64,000 nucleotides of DNA. It comes from Ilumatobacteraceae bacterium (GTDB lineage: Bacteria > Actinomycetota > Acidimicrobiia > Acidimicrobiales > Ilumatobacteraceae). The notes beneath the pieces were generated by a model, which worked only from the letters and a program-made list of their open reading frames with translations, was not told where the DNA came from and searched no databases. Below are positions 55,503 to 64,000 of the stretch, one piece after another. Where the stretch lies: contig CAVUJG010000021.1 in the NCBI GenBank assembly GCA_963741755.1, positions 15,653 to 79,652 of the forward strand. Reading direction: 5' to 3'. How positions within the stretch are numbered: position 1 is the stretch's first letter; each line of letters opens with the position of its first letter. A program made the translations under genes and the position numbers.

Positions 55503-56399
55503 TCAGCCGAGGTCGTGGGGGCCAGCGCCGAGATAGCCCTTGCCGGCACGGATCGTCTCACCCCACGGGGCGAGGATGTCGAACAGTTCCTCGATGTCGT
55601 CGCCGAGTGCATCGAGGGCGGGCCGCATCTGTTCGTCCGTCACGACTTCGATCTGCTCGCGAGCGTGTCGCCCCGGCTGGGACAGATGGGTCTCGGCACC
55701 GATCCCGTCGAGGTAGCCGAGGTCGCGCAAATGATGTTCGGATCGATCGAACTCCTCGTCGCTCCAGCCACGGGTGCGGCTGTAGCTACGGGTGGGCATC
55801 CCCCACGAGAGCTCGGTGAGCAGGCCGATGTCGGTGGCGGTCAAGCCCGCCGCGACCCAGGCAGCGTTGTGGCAGTCGCCGCGGTACTCGCGCAGGAAGT
55901 CGCCGAGATGCCAGACCGCCGCGAGGTCCTCGTCGGGCACGGTGAGTGCCGCTACGCCTGCAGCCAGATGGCGACCGTTGATCGGTAACGGCCCGGCGGC
56001 GAGCTGCAACAACTGACGTGCGCGGGCGACGCCATCGGGTTGCTCCCCGATCAACCGGCGCAGCTGCGCCACTGCACCGTCAGCGCGCGCTGCTCGGATC
56101 GTGTCGGCGTCGGTGCGAGTCCAGGCCAACTGCACCATCGGTACGACGACGGCGGCGCTGAACACGCCGAACGCTGCGGCGATCACCTCGCCGGGAACCT
56201 GGCCGAGGAGGCTCCCACGACTCGCGAAGTACGCCGGACCATCCGGCAACGCCACGCCGTTGGCATCTCCCGGGCTGGGGTCGAAGCCGAGCGCGACGTA
56301 GTTCCCATGGCACTCGGGCGAGAAGTACACCTGCCCCACCACCGGTTCGAGCACCGAGCCGAGGCGGCGGGCGAGATGGGACGTCGTCGAGATCTCCAT
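55503..56399 (-). CDS. conserved actinobacterial hypothetical protein (SCO6745-family-like)
   Basis: ATG is at 56399 (MEISTTSHLARRLG). The pattern VYFSPE...YFASRGSLLG is recalled from that family. The upstream part of track ORF 55503..56849 is Arg-rich shadow. Confidence 0.5.
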   Translation of the reverse strand: MEISTTSHLARRLGSVLEPVVGQVYFSPECHGNYVALGFDPSPGDANGVALPDGPAYFASRGSLLGQVPGEVIAAAFGVFSAAVVVPMVQLAWTRTDADTIRAARADGAVAQLRRLIGEQPDGVARARQLLQLAAGPLPINGRHLAAGVAALTVPDEDLAAVWHLGDFLREYRGDCHNAAWVAAGLTATDIGLLTELSWGMPTRSYSRTRGWSDEEFDRSEHHLRDLGYLDGIGAETHLSQPGRHAREQIEVVTDEQMRPALDALGDDIEELFDILAPWGETIRAGKGYLGAGPHDLG

Positions 56400-56446
56400 G
56401 GCCCGCCACCGTACGCGGCAATCCGCCAGCACTACGGTCTGGACGC

Positions 56447-57214
56447 ATGACCGAGCGCACCGTCGTCCTCGTCCACGGCAACCCGGAGACCGCTGCGATC
56501 TGGGGTGCGCTGACTGCGGCGCTTCACGAGCGAGGACGACCAAGTGTGGTTGCGTTGTCGCCGCCGGGCTTCGGCGCGCCGGTCCCCGACGGGTTCGATC
56601 CCACGATGGACAACTACGCCGAGTGGCTGGTCGGCGAACTCGACGCGATCCGAGCGAGTGGAGCGGAGATCGATCTGCTGGGCCACGACTGGGGCGCGGG
56701 CCACGTGTACGGTGCGCTCGCCCGCCGCCCTGACCTGGTGAGGACGTGGGTCGGCGACATCGCCGGCGTCCTGCACACCGACTACGTCTGGCACGACATG
56801 GCGCAGGCGTGGCAGACACCGGAGGTTGGTGAGCAGGTGATCGACGCACTGACTTCGGGCAGCATCGACGATCGCACTGCGGTCTTCACTGGGCTCGGAC
56901 TTCCCGCCGACATGGCCGCCGAGTTGGGCGCAGCCGCCGACGCCACGATGGGTCGATGCATCCTGCGGCTGTACCGGACGGGCGCCCAGCCCATGGTTGG
57001 CGAACTCGGCGATCGCCTCGCAGCGATGGAGCTCCCGCCGGGCCTGATCGTCGATGCCGTCGACGACCCGTACATCCCGACGGACCTGTCGAACGAGGTG
57101 GCCGCCCGACTCGGCACTGAGGTGCTGCGCCTCGACGGCCGTGGCCACTGGTGGATGGTCGACGACGTCGACCCCGTCGCCGACGCCCTAGTCAGCTTCT
57201 GGTCATCGCACTGA
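56447..57214 (+). CDS. alpha/beta hydrolase
   Basis: Motifs VVLVHGNPE, the nucleophile region GHDWGA and the C-terminal GRGHWWM are present. Confidence 0.85.
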   Translation: MTERTVVLVHGNPETAAIWGALTAALHERGRPSVVALSPPGFGAPVPDGFDPTMDNYAEWLVGELDAIRASGAEIDLLGHDWGAGHVYGALARRPDLVRTWVGDIAGVLHTDYVWHDMAQAWQTPEVGEQVIDALTSGSIDDRTAVFTGLGLPADMAAELGAAADATMGRCILRLYRTGAQPMVGELGDRLAAMELPPGLIVDAVDDPYIPTDLSNEVAARLGTEVLRLDGRGHWWMVDDVDPVADALVSFWSSH

Positions 57215-57217
57215 GCG

Positions 57218-58357
57218 TCACTCGACGGGGAGGCCGAGGTTGCGGGCGATCACGAGGCGCTGGATCTCGCTCGTGCCTTCGCCCACTTCGAGGATCTTGG
57301 CGTCGCGGTAGAACCGAACGATCGGCGTCTCCTCCATGAACCCCATGCCGCCGAACACCTGCGTGGCCAGCCGGGCCGCGTCCATCGCCGCCTCGGTCGA
57401 GTAGAGCTTGGCCATGGCGGCCGCCTGGCCGATCGGGCGTTCCTGGTCCTTCAGCCACGCCGCCTTGTAGGTCAGGTTGTGGGCGTTCTCGACCTGTACA
57501 GCGAGGTCGGACAGCTGGAATGCCAGCCCCTGGAACCGGCCGATCGGACCACCGAACGCATGACGCTGTTTCGCGTACTCGACCGACGCCTCGAGACATG
57601 CCCGAGCCGAGCCGAGCGCCAACGCCGAGATCGCGATCCGACCGTCGTCGAGGATCGACAGGAAGTTGCGGAAGCCCTTGCCCGGCGCGCCGAGCAGGTT
57701 CTCGGCCGGTATCCGGCAGTCGACGAACGTGATGCCGTGCGTGTCGCTCGCATGCCAGCCGAGCTTGTCGTACGCCGGCTCGATGATCATCCCCGGAGTC
57801 CCGGCCGGCACGACGAACGCCGAGATGCCGTCATCGGTGCGAGCGGTCGCCGTGACGATCGACGTGATGTCGGTACCGCAGTTCGTGATGAACGCCTTCG
57901 AACCGTTCAGCACCCACTCGTCACCGTCGAGCACGGCACGGGTGCGCGTCGCCCCGGCGTCGGACCCGCCGTCGGGCTCGGTGAGGCCGAACGCGCCGAG
58001 CGCTCGTCCCGCGACGAGGTCGGGCAACCACTGGTCGCGCTGGTCGTCGGTGCCGAACCGGAAGATCGGGTTGGCGCCGAGCCCAACACCGGCCGACAGC
58101 GTGATCCCCATCGACTGGTCGACCCGACCGAGTTCCTCGATGGCGACACACAACGAGGCGAAGTCACCGCCACCGCCTCCCCACCGTTCCGGGAACACGA
58201 TGCCGAACAGGCCGAGATCGCCCATCGCCTGCACCACGTCGACCGGGAAGTGGCAGGTCCGATCCCATTCGGCCGCGTGCGGAGCGATCTGTTGCTCGGC
58301 GAACTCGCGCACGGTCGCCCGCAGCAGTTCATGGTCGTCGCTCAGCTCCCAGCTCAT
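57218..58357 (-). CDS. acyl-CoA dehydrogenase
   Basis: ATG is at 58357 (MSWELSDDH). Blocks LTEPDGGSDAG and ILEVGEGTSEIQR are present. Confidence 0.92.
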   Translation of the reverse strand: MSWELSDDHELLRATVREFAEQQIAPHAAEWDRTCHFPVDVVQAMGDLGLFGIVFPERWGGGGGDFASLCVAIEELGRVDQSMGITLSAGVGLGANPIFRFGTDDQRDQWLPDLVAGRALGAFGLTEPDGGSDAGATRTRAVLDGDEWVLNGSKAFITNCGTDITSIVTATARTDDGISAFVVPAGTPGMIIEPAYDKLGWHASDTHGITFVDCRIPAENLLGAPGKGFRNFLSILDDGRIAISALALGSARACLEASVEYAKQRHAFGGPIGRFQGLAFQLSDLAVQVENAHNLTYKAAWLKDQERPIGQAAAMAKLYSTEAAMDAARLATQVFGGMGFMEETPIVRFYRDAKILEVGEGTSEIQRLVIARNLGLPVE

Positions 58358-58411
58358 CGTCGGCGACGCTAGTGGCACCACGACGGCCGACGCGCTGCCT
58401 AACGTGACGGT

Positions 58412-59582
58412 GTGCGAGCACGACCAGTCGTCCTGATGGTCGGTTCGCTCCTGATCGCCGCCGGATGCGCCGCCGAGTCCGCCGCGAGCTTCGAGTCGAC
58501 GACGACCTCATCGTCCACCACCACGACAACCACCCCGACCACGACCACATCCACCACCACCTCATCGACGAGCACCTCGACGACGACGTCCACGACCACC
58601 ACGACGACCTCGACGACGACCACGACGTCCACGACCACGACGGTCGCGCCGCTCCCGGATCCCGCACTGCGCCGTGCGAATGCAGCCTTCGACGCGCTGG
58701 CCCGCCCGAACGACGCCGCCACGATGACCGTCGTGCGCGACGGTCGCATGGTCCTGAACCGCGCATCGGGGATCACCATCGGTGGCACAGCGGCGACGTC
58801 AGACTCGCCGATGGTGGTCGCCAGCGTCAGCAAGCTCCTGACCGCGTTGATGATCGCCCGACTCGACGAGGCCGGCTCGATTGACGTCGATGCGCCGATG
58901 CCATGGTCCGACATCGGCGTACCGACGCATCCCGGCTGGGCAGACGTGACCGTGCGCGAGCTGTTGGCGCACACGTCGGGGATGCCCGTCGTTCGGCCAG
59001 CGTGGTTCGGCGGCGGAGGCGACTGCGCCGGCTTCCTGCCCACACTGCTCGACGGTCCACCGACGAACACGCGCGGTCGATGGACCTACTCGAACGGCAA
59101 CTACTGCGCGCTCGGCCTCCTGGTGGAGCACATGACCGGACTCCCCCTCGATGCTGCGGCCCGGTCCCTGCTGTTCGACCCGATTGGTTCGACCGGCATC
59201 CACCTCACGACTGACGGCCAACTCCCGACCGACATCGCCTACGGCCTCGGCGTCGAACGGCTGTCACGACTCGGCGGCGCCGGCACGTTCATCGCGTCGA
59301 CCAATGACGTCGCGCTGTGCACTGGCAACCGCCACGCCCGCCGATCTCGCCGTGCTCACCTGGCCGGGCGTCATGATCGATCAGTACGGCTGGGGCCACA
59401 CCGGGACCGTCGACGGCGCGCTCGCCTGCGCGTGGGTGCTCGAGGGCGGCCGAACCGTGGTCGCCGCCACGGTGTCTGGCGGCACTCCGTCGACCGGCGG
59501 CGCCGTGTGCGACCGGATCGTTCCGGCGGTCGCAGACGACCTCGGCGTCGGACAGGGAAAACCGGACCGCTCCCCGCCGTGA
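58412..59582 (+). CDS. serine hydrolase (class C beta-lactamase/PBP4-like family) lipoprotein with poly-Thr/Ser linker, single-nt frameshift
   Basis: The lipobox is LIAAGC, followed by a ~55-aa T/S tract. The SxxK motif is ASVSKLL, and YSNGNY is present. The C-terminal third (YGWGHTGTVDG...) is in ORF 59151..59582. The join is at ~59308-59322. Confidence 0.8.
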
Positions 59583-59590
59583 GGGGAGCT

Positions 59591-59623
59591 GATTACATCA
59601 GGGGTCAGACCCGCGATGTAATC
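59591..59623. repeat. REP-like palindrome type A (third copy)
   Basis: GATTACATCAGGGGTCAGACCCGCGATGTAATC is the exact reverse complement of the copy at 44056-44088. It lies between convergent stops at 59582 and 59625. Confidence 0.9.
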
Positions 59624-59624
59624 G

Positions 59625-60635
59625 TCAGGCGAGGTCCCAGCGTTGGCGCGCGGCGGTGACCGTCGGGAGGCCGACCTCGCCGGTCGACGCGTCCTCGGGG
59701 CGGTAGGACTCGCCGATCAACGCCGACAACGTGGCGCCGGTCGACAACGCCAGCGCATCGAAGTCGTAGCCACCCTCGAGCACGACGACCGTGCGACGCG
59801 CCGGCGCGAGCTGCTGGAGCCGCATCGCGAGGTCGGCATAGTCGGCTGACGTCAACTCGAGCCCCGCCAGAGGATCATTTCGGTGCGCATCGAAGCCGGC
59901 GGAGATGAACAGCCAATCCGGAGCGAAACGCTCGACGACCGGTGCGATCACTTCGTCGACCGCCCGTCGGTAGACATCACCGCGAGTCCCTGCTGGGAAC
60001 GGCAGATTGAGATTCGACATCGGAGCGCCGAGTCCGCCGGTCTCGTCGGCACGCCCACTTCCCGGATACAGCGGGAACTCGTGGGTCGACACGTACAGCA
60101 CGTTCGGGTCGTCGTAGAAGATGTCCTGTGTCCCGTTGCCGTGGTGGACGTCCCAGTCGACGATCGCCACACGCTGGCCGTCGGCCGCGAGCTTCGCCGC
60201 AGCGACAGCGACGTTGTTGACCAGGCAGAACCCCATTGCCCGGTCGGGCACGGCGTGATGGCCGGGCGGCCGGCCGGCGGCGAATGCCACGTCGCACGAT
60301 CCGGCCTCGAGTGCGTCGACGGCGTCGAGCACGGCGCCTGCGGCGCGCAGCGCGGTGCTCCACGAGCCCGGTGCGGCGAACGTGTCGGGATCGAGGTCGC
60401 CGCCACCGCGCTCGCAGAACCGTTCGAGCTGTGCCACATAGCTCGGCGCATGCACGCGCTCGAGTTCGGCGACTGTTGCCAGCCGAGGCTCGTGGAACTC
60501 GACCGCATCGAGCAGGCCGGCCGCCGAGATCCCTGCAAGCGACGCCCCGAGGCGTCCGGGTCGCTCCGGGTGCCAGTCAGGCGTGGTGTGCAGATCGAGT
60601 TCGGCGCTGGCGAAGACGGAGATGGGCGCTGCCAC
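59625..60635 (-). CDS. histone-deacetylase-family (AcuC/Aph-type) Zn deacetylase
   Basis: Motifs PPGHHA, GFCLVNN, DWDVHHGNGTQ and YPGSG are present. Confidence 0.9.
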   Translation of the reverse strand: MAAPISVFASAELDLHTTPDWHPERPGRLGASLAGISAAGLLDAVEFHEPRLATVAELERVHAPSYVAQLERFCERGGGDLDPDTFAAPGSWSTALRAAGAVLDAVDALEAGSCDVAFAAGRPPGHHAVPDRAMGFCLVNNVAVAAAKLAADGQRVAIVDWDVHHGNGTQDIFYDDPNVLYVSTHEFPLYPGSGRADETGGLGAPMSNLNLPFPAGTRGDVYRRAVDEVIAPVVERFAPDWLFISAGFDAHRNDPLAGLELTSADYADLAMRLQQLAPARRTVVVLEGGYDFDALALSTGATLSALIGESYRPEDASTGEVGLPTVTAARQRWDLA

Positions 60636-60719
60636 ATCCCCACCCTAGGCACTCGAACCTCTCACACAACAGACGTCACACGGGTCCACGATTCGCCTCG
60701 GAGATGACATGCTGAGACC

Positions 60720-63272
60720 GTGAGCATGTCGCCGGCCTCCGAATCTCCGTGGGCATCCACCGTCGTGCTCGGAAATGGCGACACCGTCTTCATCCGACCG
60801 CTGACCACCGACGATCGGCCAGCTCTCGCCGAGTTCCATCGCCGCCAGTCCCCCGAGAGCATCTACCGCCGGTTCTTCTCGCCGAAGCCCGAGCTCAGCG
60901 AGAAGGAGCTCCTGCACTTCACCGACATCGACATGGTCGACCGTGCGGCGCTCGCCGTCGAGTCGCACGACGAGTTCATTGCGTGGGGGAGCTACGAACG
61001 TTGGCCTGGCCGCAACGAGGCTGAGGCAGCATTCATGGTCGCCGACACCCACCAGGGCGCCGGCATTGCCACGTTGCTGCTGGAACACCTCGCCGCCATC
61101 GCTCGCTCGAACGGCATCGAACGGTTCACCGCGGAGGTGCTCGGCGACAACCGGGCGATGCTCGCCGTGTTCGCCAAGGCCGGCTGGCCACTCCAGCGAC
61201 GGTTCGACTCCGGGGTCGTCGACCTCGACTGGGAGTTGGCCGACACCGACGAGTTCCTCGACAGCGTCGAGCGCCGTGAGCAGCGCGCCGATTCACGAGC
61301 GGTTGCCAGGATTCTGCTGCCACGTGCGATCGCAGTGATCGGCGCGTCGGAACGACCGGGCTCGGTCGGCGATGCCGTCTGGCGCAACGTTGCGAAAAGC
61401 GTCGAAGTCCCAATCCACGCCGTCAACCCCCGCCACGACGAGATTCACGGCCATCGGTGCTGTCGGACCATCGACGAACTCCCCGATGAGGTCTCCCTCG
61501 CGATCATCGCGGTCCCGGCCGGCGACCTCGACGCCACCATCGACGGCTGCATTGCGAAGCGGATGCGAGGTGCTGTGATCGTGACGTCGGTCGATGGCAC
61601 CGACATCGACGTCCCGGCCCTCGTCACCCGGGCACGGCGCAATGGATTGCGCATCATCGGGCCCTCGAGCATGGGAATCGCCTCCCCGCGTCCGGAGACC
61701 CGCCTCCAGGCCGCACTCGTCGATGTCGCCCTACCTCCGGGAGGCGTGGCGATCTCGATGCAGTCGGGGTCGCTCGGCGGTTCGTTCCTCCGCAAAGCGA
61801 GCGACGTGAGCCTCGGCGTCTCCTGGTTCGTGTCACTCGGCGACAAGAGCGACATCTCCGGCAACGACCTCCTGCAGTTCTGGGAGCAGGACGACAACAC
61901 CACCGTGATCGCGATGTACACCGAGTCGTTCGGCAACCCGCGCAAGTTCGCCCGCATCGCCCGACGCGTCTCGCGGACCAAGCCGATCGTCGCCGTGCGC
62001 ACCGGCGCCGCCGCCACGGGAGAAATGGGCGGCGCGCTCTACCAGCAGGCCGGCCTGATCGAGGTCCCGACGGTTCCTGCCCTCCTGGAAACCGTGCGGG
62101 TCATGGCCACCCAGCCAGTTCTCGAAGGTCCCCGAGTTGCCGTCGTCACCAACTCGCGCAGCCCGGGAACCTTGGCCCGCGCCGCCCTCGAGGTGGCCGG
62201 CCTGGTACCGGTCGACGGACCGGTCACGTTGGATTGGAGCGCACGAGCGGCCGACTATCCCGACGCGATCGCGGCAGCGCTGGCCGACGACGACGTCGAC
62301 GGCATCATGGTCATCTACGCCCCGGCCGTGGTCGAAGACGTCGACACCGCGGGCCGCGACGTCGACGGTGCCGCGGCAGGCGCAACGAAGCCCGTCATCG
62401 CTGTGATGCTCGGCGGGGCGGACGGTCCCGTCTCACCTGGATCCCGTGTCCCGGCGTTCACGTTTCCCGAACAGGCAGCCGCAGTCCTCGGGCGTTCGTT
62501 CGCGTACGCGAAGTGGCGTCGCGACGAAGCCGATGCACCGCCCGAGATCGCCCGTCCGGTGAACCCGGCAGCGGCCCACTCGATCATCACCGACTCGGTC
62601 GCCGGGGCGACCGGCGACGTCCGGATCGACTTGGCCACGAAGCGACGCCTGCTCGCGGCCTACGGCATCGAGATGGCCGTCGCCACCGAGACCAATCCCG
62701 AACGGGCGACTCGCGACGCTCACACCGTCGGCTTCCCGGTCGCCCTCAAGGCGGTTCATCGGCGTCCTGGCCGGTCCGCTCGCGCAGGTGTGGCGCTCGA
62801 TCTCACCGCCGACGACGACATCGCCGAGGCGATCGAGGTCATGCGCGACTCGCTCGGCGACGACGCGAACGATCTCATCGTGCAGGCGATGACGTCGCCA
62901 GGTGTCGACGTCCGCATCCGCTGCGAGCACGACGAACGTCTCGGAGCCATCGTGTCGGTCGGCCTCGGCGGGGCCCAGGCCGACGCGATCGACGACCGCA
63001 CGAGCCGGTTGGCGCCGGTGTCCCCGGCGAGTGCGGCCGCAATGCTCACCGAGACCCGCTTGACCGCCGCACTCGACGGCGCCGGGTTCGACTCCTCGGC
63101 GCTCGTCGACGCCGTGGTCGCCGCCGCTCAGTTGGCGTCGGATCACCCCGAGATCGCCGAACTCGATCTGAACCCGGTGATCGTTTCGGAGGCCGGCGCC
63201 GTTGTCACCGACGCCGTGATCCGGTTGATCGCCCACGTCGTCGACGACGGTCCATTGCGACGACTCGACTGA
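60720..63272 (+). CDS. bifunctional GNAT acetyltransferase / NDP-forming acyl-CoA-synthetase-like protein (Pat-type protein acetyltransferase, GNAT at N-terminus)
   Basis: The start is GTG 60720 or ATG 60726. The GNAT motif is HQGAGIATLLLEHL. CoA-binding (AVIGASERPGSVG), succinyl-CoA-ligase-like and ATP-grasp-like parts follow. Confidence 0.9.
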   Translation: MSMSPASESPWASTVVLGNGDTVFIRPLTTDDRPALAEFHRRQSPESIYRRFFSPKPELSEKELLHFTDIDMVDRAALAVESHDEFIAWGSYERWPGRNEAEAAFMVADTHQGAGIATLLLEHLAAIARSNGIERFTAEVLGDNRAMLAVFAKAGWPLQRRFDSGVVDLDWELADTDEFLDSVERREQRADSRAVARILLPRAIAVIGASERPGSVGDAVWRNVAKSVEVPIHAVNPRHDEIHGHRCCRTIDELPDEVSLAIIAVPAGDLDATIDGCIAKRMRGAVIVTSVDGTDIDVPALVTRARRNGLRIIGPSSMGIASPRPETRLQAALVDVALPPGGVAISMQSGSLGGSFLRKASDVSLGVSWFVSLGDKSDISGNDLLQFWEQDDNTTVIAMYTESFGNPRKFARIARRVSRTKPIVAVRTGAAATGEMGGALYQQAGLIEVPTVPALLETVRVMATQPVLEGPRVAVVTNSRSPGTLARAALEVAGLVPVDGPVTLDWSARAADYPDAIAAALADDDVDGIMVIYAPAVVEDVDTAGRDVDGAAAGATKPVIAVMLGGADGPVSPGSRVPAFTFPEQAAAVLGRSFAYAKWRRDEADAPPEIARPVNPAAAHSIITDSVAGATGDVRIDLATKRRLLAAYGIEMAVATETNPERATRDAHTVGFPVALKAVHRRPGRSARAGVALDLTADDDIAEAIEVMRDSLGDDANDLIVQAMTSPGVDVRIRCEHDERLGAIVSVGLGGAQADAIDDRTSRLAPVSPASAAAMLTETRLTAALDGAGFDSSALVDAVVAAAQLASDHPEIAELDLNPVIVSEAGAVVTDAVIRLIAHVVDDGPLRRLD

Positions 63273-63288
63273 GCGCCACAATGGGCAG

Positions 63289-63879
63289 GTGAGCTTCGGC
63301 ATCATCGTTCCGCTGATCCTCCTGGCGATCATCCTGGTCGCCGTCTTCGCCTGGTACCGCCGATCGATGGCAGGGCTGGGGACCGTCGAGTCGAAGCCGT
63401 TGTCCGGCCTGCGTCTCACCGCCGAGGCCCTCCATCGAGCACCGCCGCCTTGGCGGATCGTCTACGAGATCGGCGGCGCACTCGGCGAGATCGACCATGT
63501 CGTCGTCGGCCCGGCCGGGGTGACCGCCATCACCACCGTCGTGGCCGACCGACCGGACCCCGATGTGCTGCGCGGCGCCCAGAGCGAGGCCGTCCTCGTC
63601 AGCGAAGCAGCAATCGCACGCGGTCCGCTCGACGAGCTGCTGCGCGCCGTCGCCGCCTCGTGCGATCACTGGGCGCGGGTCTACTGGGGAACTCCCGACC
63701 CGAATCGGGCGGGTGCCGAGGGACTGGTGCACGGCAGCGTGCTGGTCGAAGGCCAGCGCATCGACGAATGGTTGTCGTCGTTGGTCGATCACGCGACCGC
63801 GCCGATCGATGCCCAACGCATCGACGCGATCTGGCGCACGATCGTGACCGGCATCGGCCGACCCGACCCGCTGCCTTGA
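63289..63879 (+). CDS. membrane-anchored NERD-like domain protein
   Basis: GTG start with an N-terminal TM. The block EIDHVVVGPAGVTAI resembles the NERD core (DH..IGP.GV..IE.K), but the downstream acidic/Lys residues are not obvious. Confidence 0.45.
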   Translation: MSFGIIVPLILLAIILVAVFAWYRRSMAGLGTVESKPLSGLRLTAEALHRAPPPWRIVYEIGGALGEIDHVVVGPAGVTAITTVVADRPDPDVLRGAQSEAVLVSEAAIARGPLDELLRAVAASCDHWARVYWGTPDPNRAGAEGLVHGSVLVEGQRIDEWLSSLVDHATAPIDAQRIDAIWRTIVTGIGRPDPLP

Positions 63880-63905
63880 GACGCTTGCAGCACTAGCGTG
63901 CGGAC

Positions 63906-64000
63906 ATGGCATCCGCTGACGAATTCACCGGCCCCACCACCGAACTGCTGCAGGCGCTGATCCGCAATGCGTGTGTCAACGACGGGACGCCGGATTCGGG
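63906..64000 (+). CDS. 5' end of an M20-family metallopeptidase-like gene (truncated by window edge)
   Basis: MASADEFTGPTTELLQALIRNACVNDGTPDSG resembles the N-terminus of actinobacterial M20/M25/M40 hydrolases. Only 31 codons are visible. Confidence 0.4.
   Translation, partial: MASADEFTGPTTELLQALIRNACVNDGTPDS

Overview
This window is a very GC-rich, densely coding chromosomal segment of about 65 genes and looks actinobacterial. Supporting signs are frequent GTG starts, many 4-nt ATGA/GTGA stop-start overlaps, a DUF222-HNH gene, a MoxR-DUF58 operon, GAF-ANTAR regulators and an F420/PPOX-type enzyme. I found no rRNA, tRNA, CRISPR array or intact transposon. Most genes are ordinary metabolism and transport: two Zn-ADHs, NhaA, a CPA1 antiporter, a P450, two acyl-CoA dehydrogenases, PanB, thioredoxin, five alpha/beta hydrolases and an ABC exporter. 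Main findings: (1) selD has an in-frame TGA at the catalytic Cys/Sec codon, followed by hairpins, so it is probably a selenoprotein that the ORF track truncates. (2) A partner-switching set with no sigma factor nearby (CHASE-GAF-PP2C phosphatase, RsbW-like kinase, STAS antagonist) surrounds two overlapping GAF-ANTAR genes and sits next to a hemerythrin with a basic tail. (3) A membrane-anchored protein has a mature N-terminus and Cys pattern that mimic the N-domain of animal TIMPs. (4) A family of palindromic REP-like elements sits at convergent gene ends, and a separate 61-bp hairpin unit is tandemly duplicated. (5) An M3 oligoendopeptidase is translationally coupled to a bacterial proteasome homologue. 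(6) A deacetylase and a Pat-type acetyltransferase are divergently transcribed. (7) A decayed DUF222/HNH gene and a VapBC module with an operator palindrome are present. (8) About 12 single-nucleotide frameshifts break otherwise conserved genes. This density suggests assembly indel errors and must be settled before any pseudogene is interpreted biologically. All family assignments come from motif recognition by eye; no database search was run.
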